Source: Pocillopora damicornis (taxonomy: Eukaryota). From it: a stretch of DNA of 64,000 nt. The notes under the pieces are model-generated. The model was not told where the DNA came from, made no database searches, and was given only the letters and a program-made list of their open reading frames with translations. Position numbers and translations under genes: made by a program. Positions within the stretch are counted from its first letter, which is position 1, and each line of letters starts with the position of its first letter. The stretch lies in contig NW_020845410.1 of assembly GCF_003704095.1 (NCBI RefSeq), positions 682,001-746,000 on the forward strand, given 5' to 3'. Of this stretch, positions 39,443-51,700 are shown in pieces.

Positions 39443-42400
39443 ATGAAGGTATAAAAAGTGACATATCCTTGCCCACTTTAGGGAACTTTCGATAAAAATG
39501 AAAAATATATATATTCTTCTCTCCATGTATGACTCATTTTCCGGCAGATGGATTTCCCTGATCCTAGATTTTTTAGATTTCATTAAGGAATGAACAGAGA
39601 CAACTGATCCCAGGAGTTATGATCTGGGACAAACTGTTCATTTCGTTGAGAAGGATCTGTGCATTAGGCTTTTTTTTCAGACTAACGCTTTTAAAATTTT
39701 CCTTGTGCAGCACATTTGAATGCGCTAGGAATCCTACCGTTAATTAATTTGATCGACATTTTGATGTTTGTGAGTACATGTGCACTCTTGAACCATCCAG
39801 AGTGGATAAGGGGCTGTTGTGATCTGACAGTGCTAAGTCTATAAAATTCTCCAGTTCAGTATTAAATTACTGGTAAAGTCTTCCGATAACAAAGTCCAGT
39901 ACTTTTAGATTTTCAAAGGAGCGACATTCAAGGTCTTCTCTGTGCTATGATGAGGTTATATAGTAAGATTGAAATGTCACGCTCATTCTCTTTGCTGGCA
40001 ATTATATGACCACTTTTTCTAAACCATGGATTGTGCTATATGTGGAATCTCTTATAATGTTTCCATGAATGTAAACCATGCCTTCATCAGAATAAACTCC
40101 TTAAGTTATAGTTATGGAACTGACAGGTTGTTTATTTATGCTGTGTGGATTGGTAAACCTGTGGAATCATTTGGTGTGCTATGGTTTTGATACACTCTCT
40201 TTTTCTATCTTTTTCTTTTAGCTCAACATTTCTTACCCAGCCACTGGGTGCCAGAAGCTCATTGAAGTTGATGATGAAAAAAAGCTGTGAGTATTTGTTA
40301 AACACCTGACATATTAAGTGTAAAGATATGGACAAGATTTTGTTGATGTTGATTCTGGCTTTCATATCTAGTTAATATTAATGCAAGCCAGCTTTAGTTT
40401 ATATTTGCTCAAATGTAATCACCCAGTTGTAGTGAAGTAATAGTCACTAAAAAAAAGGCACTTGAGGTCATATTAGGATAATTCCCATCGGGTTAATGGC
40501 TGGAGTGTGGCCACTTTCCTTGGTATAAAATGTTCAGGAGTACCAGTACTCTCCCCCCAGTGGAATTTTAGACCATTGCAGTGCCCCCCCCTTCACCTCA
40601 CACTTTGTCAAGATTCTCTGATAATTCACTATTAGCTATTTATGCTCCTGGGTAAAATAATAGTATATACAAAGCTACAGCTAGTTTGTTTCCAGAGATC
40701 ATAATTAAAATCATCCTACCAGGGGTTAAACTGGAGCCTTGCGACCCAGATTCTAACATGCTACACAGTAAGCCTTTGCCTCTGTCTCTAGAAATGAGCC
40801 ATTTTTGTTTTTTCCTGTTTAGGCGAAACTTCTATGAAAAACGTATTTCAGCTGAGTGCAGTGCTGAATGTCTTGGTGAGGAATGGAAGGTCAGTCAACT
40901 TTTAAACCTTTTCCTCTAGTATCTAGATACAGTACAGCATGATGTGTCTGTAAACTTAAATACAGGTAACCTATTCACCTAGCAAATTTGTTTTTAGTAA
41001 TAATAATAATATGACTGATTAGGATCCAATTCAGTATGTAATCTTGCAAGTAATCAACAGAATTGCACAACCACAAAGCAAGAGTCTGGTTTGTTAATTA
41101 CAAGTGTGATTACAGACAGAATTGGGCAACTTAAAGTCATGTTCATAATTAATCAATGCTATGAAAAAATTTAAGAAACAAACTAGTGATCAGTTACACA
41201 TTTTCATGAAAAAAAAAACACTAGTCATCTTGGTTAAATGTCAGGGTGTGAAATTAACTTTTCTTTCTGATAGCCACTTGGCTCCTAAATTCTTCAAAGT
41301 GGTAGCCAATTCAAAAAAAGTTGGTCGCCATTTTCAAAGACAAACAAAATCTTTCTTTACGCTGTCAGCGTTCTAGATAGACCCCCCAAAATTAAGTTAG
41401 TGAAGAGATCTTTAACGTGCTACAAAGTGGACACTAGGATATACGATATACAACATTTAGGCTCATTTAAATCCAAGATGGCGTGTAGTTATCGATCGAG
41501 ATGCATGTGCTACGTTTTGGAAACAAACTAAACGAGGAAGTTTGCCGTGGATTTATCTTTGCAAATTTATGATGAAACGTTGTAGTGGCCAATTTGGCAA
41601 CTAACTTTCAGGATTTGGTCGCCAAAGTGAAAAATTTAGTCGTATTGGCACCTGTATTAGGTGCAATTTCACGCCCTGAATGTGCATCACATACACATGA
41701 TGCATACTGTTCAATTCAATGGACATGATTAACAAAATCAGAGGACCCCAGAGGGGGAGTCCAAATTGTTGATCACAAGTACAATTACAGACGTAATCAT
41801 AACCATTACAAATTCCTCAAATATTATTGCTGCATTCGCAGCTTCATTTTTCACTAATCACTCTGTACAGTTGTAATCAGACAGTTGGCTATAATTGGAC
41901 ACCTGTAATCAGACAGTTTAAGCAGCCAATCATGCTAAGTCCACTCAGCTAATCCACCAATTACAGAAATGATATCAACAACCAAAGCAACAACAACTTA
42001 TCCAAAGAAAAACTGGGGAATTTTCAAAATGGAGGAATTTGTAACAAAAGACCTTGTATCCACTGGAGATATTTGTTCTAGGTGTATTTGTTTTTTTGGA
42101 AATGAAATTGTTATGATTAATTGGTAACAGGACTTTGTATCATCCAATTCTGTCTGTAATCATACTTGTGATTGACAAATCAGACTCTTGCTTTGTGCTT
42201 GTCTAATTTTGTTAATCACTCTTATGATTACAGACCAAATTGGACTCTACTTGGTCCTATTACCATCATGAATTGGACAACACCAAGTCCTGTCACCAAT
42301 TAATCAGAACTATGACACAATTTTAGAAAGAAATATGACATTTTTTTTGTGAAAGAAAAAACCACAGTTAACTTGGCAAAATGAGTGACAACAATGGAAG

Positions 42401-43195
42401 CCTGTGAGGGGTACTGTCCACTTACACAGGCATAGCATGTCAACTTTCCTATTACACTGTTCAGTTACAAACATGATGCATACACTGTCCTATTATTGCT
42501 AAAATCAGGCTGGTGATAACCATTCATATTAAAGAATTTTGTCATATTTTGATTAACTATGTTATTAAGTGGTCAATGTTGCCTTTCTACAGGGATATGT
42601 GGTCAGAATCTCTGGAGGAAATGACAAACAGGGATTCTCCATGAAACAGGGAGTCATGACAAATGGCCGTGTGCGTCTTCTGCTCTCAAAAGGCCACACC
42701 TGCTACAGGCCACGCAGAACTGGTGAGCGTAAGCGCAAGTCTGTGCGTGGCTGCATTGTAGATGCCCAGCTCAGTGTGCTAAACTTGGTCATCATCAAGA
42801 AAGGTGATAATGATATTCCTGGCCTCACAGACACCACTGTGCCTCGCCGCCTTGGCCCTAAGAGAGTTGGCAAGATCAGGAAGATGTTTAACTTGTCCAA
42901 GGAAGATGATGTGCGTCAGTATGTTATCAGGAGGACACTCCCAGAAAAAGAAGGCAAGAAGACAAGGACCAAGGCTCCCAAGATCCAGCGCCTGGTCACA
43001 CCTGTGGTGTTGCAGCGCAAGCGTAAAATCTTGGCCCTGAAAAAGATGAGAGCACAGAAAGCCAAGCAGGAGTATGCTGATTACACTAGGCTACTCGCCA
43101 AGAGAGCTAAGGAGGCTAAGGAGAAGCGTCATGAAATGCTGAAGAAAAAGCGTGCTTCCTCAAGTCACCGAGAGTCAGTGAGCAGTGCAAAATGA
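39443..43195 (+). CDS. RPS6: 40S ribosomal protein S6 (eS6)
   Basis: Exons 39443-39448 (MK), 40222-40286 ([21 protein letters not shown]), 40823-40889 and 42593-43195 ([15 protein letters not shown]...[14 protein letters not shown]). AATAAA follows the stop. Confidence 0.98.
41003..42560. mobile_element. Non-autonomous inverted-repeat element(s) filling RPS6 intron 3
   Basis: About 41005-41160 is the reverse complement of about 42110-42270 (e.g. GATTACAGACAGAATTGG / CCAATTCTGTCTGTAATC). A further direct partial copy starts near 42270. Confidence 0.75.
41242..41678. mobile_element. Nested 437-bp MITE with CAGGG termini and a 5-bp target-site duplication (hAT5-like)
   Basis: TIRs CAGGGTGTGAAATT / AATTTCACGCCCTG (13 of 14 match). 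AATGT directly flanks both ends (41237-41241, 41679-41683). Internal TGGTCGCCA / GTAGCCAATT subterminal repeats. Confidence 0.85.
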
Positions 43196-44206
43196 GTGCT
43201 GTGTAAATTTGAAGTAATAAAGATAATTGAAACACTGCTGAATGGTGTTGTGTTGTTTTTAATTGCATTAGTCAACATCACTGAACCTTTCACTGATCAA
43301 GCAAACAGACTTTGTTTGTGGTATGTTGTCACCCATAAGATTTTTTTTAGTGACTGAAAATAATGGAGTTTAGTTTTAGATTCTTTACCTCCAGCAATGT
43401 TCAACTGCCCCATATTAGGACCAGTTCTGCAAGATTTTAGAGCACTGCATCAGCTACTACAGCACATTAAGTCTGACAATGAAGTATACCTATTTGCTGG
43501 TTAAGTATTCTTTACCACATTTCTTTAAAAACATTAATCAATGATGTTGAAATTGAACTGATTAATCACTTTCTTTTCATAATTTAATTTTTTACAATAT
43601 GGAACTATTGTCACAAACATCCCCATGTGATTCCAAAGAGGAATTGCTCAACTGTTACAGTTGTTTGAAATCCCCAGTGTATGCGTTAGAGCAGAAGTGG
43701 ATGATAAAGATGAGCACCTGACACTAAAGCTGTTGGCCAACAGTTGCTGGAGTGTAAGTCCATTATCTTTCTGACTTTAAATGAACCCACAAACTATCAA
43801 CAAAAGTTTGCAAAAGAAAGAGTGGAAAAAAAAAGAGAGCCTGGTTTATATTAAAAAATTGTTTCCCCAGTGAGATCAACAAAATACACCAAACCACACA
43901 ACAGTTACTTAGGTCAATTCTTTGCATCACATGTTTATTTATTACATTTTTTCCAAAACTATTGTGATCTGAATATATCTGTACAATTCTATCTTCTCTT
44001 GGTTTCTGGTTATGTGAAGAAACCAATGAAAATGAAATTTCAACTAACAAGAATATTGAACCTCAACATAGATACCTACATTTTCTATTTTGATTAAAAA
44101 ACATCTCGAGAGTAGATTCCAAACCTTGCTTTGCAAGCTGACCTTAACCCTGTCCTCATCTAAACAACAGTTTATCACAGTAAGGGTTCCTGGATTAAGA
44201 TTACAC

Positions 44207-46291
44207 TCAAGTATGTTCTACACCACTAGTAAGATGTCGGATATGGAAGTTTACCACATATTCTGCATTAGTTTTCTGTACCGAGATAGCAAATGGATAG
44301 AGAGGGTGAAAAGTGAATGCCACCAGCCTCTTTCCTGTTGGTGGAATTGGGCGACCCAAGAAACCAGCGTGGATCTTAAATTTCAGAAGCCCTGAATCCC
44401 TAGAATAAAACCTGCAAAAGAAAGAAACATCAGCAACACAAATTTTGCTGGCTCAAGTTCATCATAAACAAAAAAGAAGTTCTAAACAGCAATTTTTTTA
44501 CAAAGCTGTGTACATTGAAATTTAATAAAGACATTGTTAGCCCTTTACACCCCAAGACACTTTGCATATTCTCCATTTTGTTCCCAATACATTTCTAGTG
44601 GTACTTACATGGAAAATTTGCTCCACAACTGAGAGCTTCTCATGACCTTAATGGTTGATGCAACAGTGATAGGGTAAGGAGAAATAAGATGTCAATCACT
44701 CCTATGGGGGAAAAGGGTTAATTCCCTATTTCAGTTGTCCTCTTTTACACCCTGAGAATGAGCAATGTGTAAAAATATCAGTGGGGGATGTTGGGGTTTA
44801 AAATTTTTCCTCAGTTTTAAGATTCTAGTGGTACTTTTTAAGTCAGCTAAACCTAACCTTGTACCTTATTGGATGATCTCCACATGCTTTGGGCCTTTCC
44901 ATGACAGACACCCACTTGTCATCATATTTAAACAGGGACAAGTCCAAATAAGGACTGCTACTGTAAGATTGGGAGCTGATTGGCAACTGAGCAAGAAGAC
45001 GCTTGACAGCTTCAGTATACCCTCCATATTTTGCATTAACAATGGTGTGCTTGAATCGTCTTTGAATTTGGCGGGCAAAAATATTGCTTGAAGCTGAACA
45101 AGTGAATTGCGCTGGTGAATGCAACATAGCATTGCGAAAAGAGTCACAGAACTGTTCGAAAAGTTCTAACAATTTCTCTGAAGTGTTTTCAAACACAGCC
45201 AAGACTTTGGTTGTTTCCATGTCATACACGATAAAGAATGATGGCTGTGAGTTTGGATCTGGGACCCTCAGTGTTACTACATCTTCACTGGCATACTTTA
45301 TCAGCAAAATCCTACTATCAAAAAGTTGCATCTTCCACATTCTCAGAGCTCTGAACAGTTCAACATGCTGATAAAATCTCCCCATTGCTAAAGCAGTGCC
45401 TTCGTTATATGCACATCTCCACAGATGGGCCAGAATTCTATGTTTCAGTCCATTCAGACAGGTTTCCATGTACGGTCGCACAATGGGTTGGCCATTGGCA
45501 TCAACATTCCTGACACAAGTTAGCATAAACTCATCATCCTCATAACAAAATCGACCAATTGTGCGCACATCAATAAACTTGCCATCGGACGTAACCTGAA
45601 AAATGTGTATCTGTTGCTGTTGAACAGATAAAACTGCAAGAAGGTCCCTGTATAAGTACAGTCCTTGATTGTGTGATAAGAATATCTTATCACACTTGAA
45701 CACTCTGGAATCTGACAGCATTCCAGTTTTCATATCAACGATGTGGATTGTGTAGTCTTCCAGAGGTGACCTGGGATTTGGAGAGACCGACTCATTGTTA
45801 CTGTAGATATCAAAGAAATATGGATGCGGTTCCTCTGGGACATACGAAGCTGATCCAACTATAACATAACGGCCATCGTCAGTAAATAAACTACACTCTC
45901 TGTTCAAATGCTCTCCATTTTGTGCCACGGTTACAACGGAGCTGAGACGGAAGAAGCTACTGAACAATCTGCTCCTTATCTCGACGTCTGGCGATTCTTT
46001 AGCAAGCAATTCCTCAGCTGCACTTGGCCCTTGGAACTCGTACACCTCAACAGAGCTTTGATCTAATGAGAATGCAACGAAATAACGGCCATCTGGTGAG
46101 AATTTTCGCAGATAGCACGGAGGTGTTTCAACATTCACAATCGTGAAATTTGGAAAAATGTTTTGAGTGAAAGCTCGTGCTTGATGCCAGTGAGTTCCGG
46201 GTTTTGGAAAATGAGTCTCCCTCTGACGTAGCCTCCACACTAAATTCTGGTTTGGTATTCTTCTCGGCTTAAAATTTAACTCATTCATCAT
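44207..46291 (-). CDS. DET1: De-etiolated 1 homologue (CUL4-DDB1 associated)
   Basis: Exon 44865-46291 ([43 protein letters not shown]) and exon 44207-44411 (RLVAFTFHP...NFHIRH). Exact start codon uncertain. Confidence 0.96.
44537..44721. mobile_element. Short MITE with TTAACCCTT-type termini in the DET1 intron; related partial copies at ~22853-22955, ~33292-33440, ~38355-38482 and ~52082-52280
   Basis: Ends TTAGCCCTTT...AAAGGGTTAA. The copies share the internal GCATATTCTCCA...TACATTTC and/or GGAGAAAT/GATGTCAATCACTC blocks. Confidence 0.75.
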
Positions 46292-46450
46292 CACTATAGG
46301 CTACAAACATTGGAAATTTGCGGAAAATACATTAGCTAACTTGACCTTCTATGACCCGCCATGTTCCAACATATCATCCGGGAATGTATGCATATTTGAC
46401 AGCGAAATACTGGGGCGAACAGCTGAGTTGTCCACTTTTTCCCTTTCAAC

Positions 46451-48187
46451 ATGGGTGAGTGTTACTATGATATCTACATTCGCTTATAAATCTGGAAATT
46501 TTCCTTTGAATTAACAGTGATACGGTTGTTTTGAATCACAGCTCTTCCGTCGTCTACCTCGTTCCTATTTGCGACAACATTAACCGTGCTAACTTTCGCT
46601 GGAATGCAAATGTTCAAAGCAAACTTGGCGTCCAGCGAGTGGATGACCATATTGGGGGGATTCATAGGATCACAGTTCTTCGTCTTCCTCCTAACTGTAT
46701 CCTCTACTATTTATGAAAGATCATATGTGAGCTCTAGGATATTCATCTAAGGCTTGGCTGGAAAGATTTCATTTTCGTGATTCTTTGACATTATATACGC
46801 TGAAAGCGTCCAGATTCACCAAGAACAAAGACTTCCATTGATCTGAGTGTAGTAAACCTTTACAGGGTTTTTTTTTGAACGCTTGAAATGTCTCTTGATG
46901 GTACTTATCAGAGACTCGTATGAAAAAAGTAGTAATCAAAGACGGTATCTGATGGGGATTATATATCTGGGTCAAGTTTTGTAATTTTTTCGTGATTAGA
47001 TTATTGTTAGAAGCCAATGAAATAAGCATCTTGTTTATGAAACTAATTTATTTGAAGTGATTTTCTAGTGGTGTGAGTCTTAACATCCGAGTTGCGTATT
47101 CCTTGACATTTAATTCACCAGGCAGTAGGAAATTTGGAAACAACCATGTTTGGTCGAAATTTTCAAACAAAATTGTTCCCAGAAGGTACATATTTTGAAT
47201 TTTGTTGATGAGGATCCAATTGTTGTTTATATTGGTTTAAAGAAATGAGACATTTCTTGAACCACTAATTATTTATTGTCTCTGAACACAACTCAAAAAG
47301 AAGCTAGCACAACATGATCTGACAGCCAGTGGCTTTCCACCAGCTTCTAATAACAGCCCTGCTTTGGCTCTTGTGAGTAATTATCACTATAGATGCAGCC
47401 TTGCATTAACCATACCAACCACTAGAAAACATCAAAGTGTGGGCTCCAGGTAGTGACAATCCTCACCTTTTACCAAAGTAGTTCATACCTGGTATCTTAA
47501 ACTTAGACTTATGTGGTCTTTTTAGTTTTCTTTCTTTTTATTGGATCCTCTATTTTGCTCCCTTTATAAAATTAACACACTAATGGCTGGTACAACTTGG
47601 AAACAAAGGACAATGAACAGTATTAAGGATGTGCTAGTGTCCAATTCAGTTTTTTATCATCCAATTTCTTATTTACATATCATCAACTGAGTATCCATAC
47701 ATGTCTTTTTAATATATTGCATTTATTACATTTTCTTCAAGTTATACTTTGTCTGGTAGTTGCAATGTTTGCCTCTGGCCTAGTCCACAGAGTTTGCGTA
47801 ACAACCTGGTAAGTTGATGACAATTTTTTCACCATTCTAACAGTGCTGTTGGTTGTACATTTATTTACTTTTGTTGTTGTATTAAGCCACTAGTTGTTAT
47901 CATAAGGCAATGATAACCCAGTCTGGGATCAAATTTACACCCCTTAATTCAGAGTTCACAGCACTGGCCTTGGCCACTTAATCCATCATATTGTTCACAT
48001 TAAAATCTGAAGAACCCAAAACTAAATTCAAACTATATTGAACCATTCAATACTCTTTTTTTTACTCTTCAGCTTTCTGTTTTCAATGGTAGCCATATAC
48101 TACATTAACAAGATTGCTGCTTCCACACATGCCCCAACATCAAACCCTGTCCCTCCACAACAGCTAAAGACCAAGAAGAATCGCTGA
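46451..48187 (+). CDS. KRTCAP2: Keratinocyte-associated protein 2 (oligosaccharyltransferase accessory subunit KCP2)
   Basis: Exons 46451-46454, 46542-46696, 47122-47185, 47742-47808 and 48073-48187 splice to MALPSSTSF...[60 protein letters not shown]...[26 protein letters not shown]...KTKKNR* (C-terminal dilysine ER-retrieval motif). Confidence 0.95.
46697..47121 (+). other. U12-type (minor spliceosome) GT-AG intron in KRTCAP2
   Basis: 5' splice site GTATCCTC. Branch sequence TTCCTTGAC at 47099-47107, 14 nt before the AG, with no polypyrimidine tract. Confidence 0.88.
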
Positions 48188-48758
48188 ATTTTAGCTTGCC
48201 ACTGAATGTTAGTTTGATTATTTACAAAGATTAGAACCAAGCAAAATAAAGTTCAGTTACTTTTTCTGAATTTGGCTGCTTTATTTGAATACTTATGCCT
48301 TAAATTTAAATAATAATTAAATGAATTCTGAATGAAGGACACTTATCATTAAAAGCAACTCTAGAAACAAAGGTACAATATTCCACTATTGTTTTACATA
48401 AACCTTGCCAACATCATCTAATAAATTAATCTCAAAACTGGACAGGATGAATCTTTTTTAAGTAGTAAAAATAATTTAAAAGCCAAAATTCTTCCTATTA
48501 GAACTTGGAATCTCGAAAATAACCATAAATTAGAGTAGAACACAAAGCTGCTTAAGAAGAACTTGCAGCTTGATAATGTCCCACACTTCAGGATCATGAC
48601 TTCTTACAGAACTGTTTACAACCAGCACAATGTACAAATTTCTCAAAGACAAGACAATGTAGTTTAACTAATACCCTGAGTGTTTAAATTTAAACAGTCC
48701 TTGTCAGAAGAAGCAGTCCTGATTTAATCAAGTTCATTTTTAAAGGCTTAATTTGTGA

Positions 48759-51700
48759 TCAAGTATCATGGAGCTTAAGCAAAGCTTGGCCTGTAATAAA
48801 AAAAAAAAAAACATCAATTATTTAAGTGCTTTAGCAGATGTCTGTGTAGAAAACAGGAAACAAATCATATTTCTCATGATTACAAGACCAGCACTGAGAT
48901 TTTTCAGTTTTGCCAACAGTTTTAGTAAAGTTAGAAATGTCAGTGATGGACAAGTAACCTTTCACTCACCAGCCATACGAATGAGTTGCTGTCGTTCAGC
49001 AAGGTTCTCTTGCCAGGCTTCCATTAACTGGAAATATCTACAGCACAAATTCAAAATTAATTTAAAAAATAAGAGACTTTTCTTTTTCAAACACAATTTT
49101 AATCCATCAATTGTTTGAAGCATTCTATTTTGAGGCTCCTTGTTTATTTGCTATTTTTCCTACCTAAACAGCGTGTCTCTCTGCCACAGCGTCTCCACAG
49201 GGTGGTTCTTAAGATCAGTCAGATTTGCTTGAACTGTCGTGATCCAGTCTAGAAAATTTAACACAAAAATTTGCCAAAAAGGAAAGTGCCAAACACCACA
49301 GAAAGGAGGAGGGTGTGTGTGGGGGAGGGGAGGGTAAAACCATCATCGATATAAGGTACAAAATGTCAACCTAGATTTCCACATACACTGTAAGAAGAAA
49401 GAAAACTAACCATTTGTCATGTCTTTAGCTTTGTCATGAGCAAACTCTCCATGTAATTCTGGTATTGGCTGCTGGTCAACTCCACTCTGTTTGCTCCAGC
49501 TGTTCCTCTTCTCCCTTAAAGCAACAACCACCATCTCTTATGCATGGATCACCAATCAGCTGGATTTGGTCAGTTGAAAGAGTACTTTCATTGTAATGGT
49601 TGGGAAATAGATAAAAATTTAACTCTTAATTGTATCTGATTCTCTGTATTTTAGAGTTAAAGTGACTTTTAATTTAGAGACTTTGAATTTTGAAAAAATC
49701 CTCAAATAAATCACCACCAGTATTTGTGGTGATTATACATTACTTTCTAAGACATTTTCCATAACCTAAAACCTGATCAGGTTGCTTCCACAAAGAAACT
49801 TACTCTTGATATAAGATCATGAGCAAGAGGACTATGCTACCTTATTTGAGCAAGTTTGTCTCCCAATGTAGCTAAAGGGTCAGGTTCATTTGTTTCTGGT
49901 TTTGATTTATTTTCTCCTTCCTGAGGCAGAGAGGAGGAGTCTTTAATTCCACTGTCATCTCTGTGCTCAAAGCTTTCTTCTTCTTCCTCTTCAGTCTCTA
50001 CTAGTGTTGACATAGGTTCAAGCTGTTTTCCTAGTTCCTGGAACAGGGAAGCACCCAAACTGCTGGTTCGCCTAGATAGATGAAAAAATTTTTTTGCAGT
50101 TTTACTAAATTCTTTAACACCAAAGTTCAATTGGAGTCCGTTGTTGTACCAGGTGTTTCAGTAATTGATACCTTGTTCTACTTTGCAATCTGTCCTTTCT
50201 TTCCAGCTCCTCTGCTAAGTGATTTCTCATTTGTTCTGCTTCTATGGCTTCAGTCTGCTCTTTCACTTGTTGATTAAAATCCCTTCGAATGCTCTGGAAG
50301 TTCATGACTGCAACAAGTATCAAATAGCTTTACAATGGCCTTGAGACTACTAAAATCCTCCCATGTCAGTCTAACCCAAATTCAATATTCTCCTGTTTCT
50401 TGCTGAATTTTGTTTTATTCTAAGATGATGTCATGAATATTTGATAATCATAAAACTATGTGTATATACCCCTAACTAACCAAGTTTAGTCAGGTTCTCA
50501 GTGTAAGTTACAGACCAATTTTTTCCTGCCCATTTTCATGGCTCAAGTGGAAAGCACATGGATCATAAATCCAAGTGAAAAAAACAAGGTTCTTTAATTT
50601 ACAGTTTGGATTGAGAAAACCTGGTTAGTAAGATATTTATCACATCTTAAAATTCAAAAAGAGGAGGAAAATTTCAATTCAAACAAACTTTTGTATTTAG
50701 TGGGTGATACAACAAAATACAGCCTGCTTAATGGACTGGTCATAGTGCATATGCTGACTGAGAGATATACTAAGATGTTGCATATTCAAGAATAGTAATC
50801 AGTTTTTATCAAAAAAAAAAAAAGGGGGGGGGACATCCTTGTTCAAATATCCCAATATCAGGTGAAGGTGAATTTTGCCCTCTAATCTTTGAAGATGAGG
50901 AAGTCAGCTTCAGGTTACTCTCATTATAATTAAAGAAACTCATAGCATGAATACCCATAATGCCAGCAAAGATATTTCTGAATATGAAAGCTCCAATACA
51001 GATCCATAAGATGATGTAGATCTCGACTGTGATGGGGTCTACCACTTTGATAAGATCTCTGAGGATGTCATACCAGTGATCCAAGGTGAAGAGTTGAAAC
51101 AATGTGACCAAGGCATTACCAAGGGTGCTGCAATAGATTTGCTATGCTGATTAACTACTGGTAAGACAATACTAAACTATTAATGTGCATAGACATGGAG
51201 AAATTGAGAAGCAGAAGGGGAGTCAGGCAATCTGTAAATTGTGGACGTACAGGTGTGTACATTTACTATTGTGATCACCAACAAATTAGTACCAAAATAT
51301 GCAATGTTTTGACAGGAGATTTACCTAAAACTCTGTTTGTACTTGAGGTCTGTTCTTTCTGACTTGGAGTATGAAGCAAACATGACTGTTCCAGCCACAG
51401 CAAAAATGTACATAAAAGTCATCAACAAAATGAGGATGAATGCCATTGACTGGAAAAAAGATAAAAGGTAATTGATGAAGGTGAAGAATTTACTAAGGCT
51501 GAGGACATTGGCTAATGAAAGTATTGTTAATTTAAATTGGGCTGTTTTATAAAGATATCTTCCCTCAAATCCATGTTTTATTTGTAAGTTGTTTCGCTTT
51601 CAATACCTTAAATGCTTTGAGAATGGTAAGGACAATGATCCTTAGCTGGGCAAACCTTGATACCTGAAATGATTGATAACAAATGTTACATTTACTCTAT

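Noticed and set aside
39947-40125. Box C (ATGATGA) in RPS6 intron 1 as a C/D snoRNA
   Set aside because: The nearest CTGA is ~170 nt away, and I found no terminal stem or recognisable rRNA guide.
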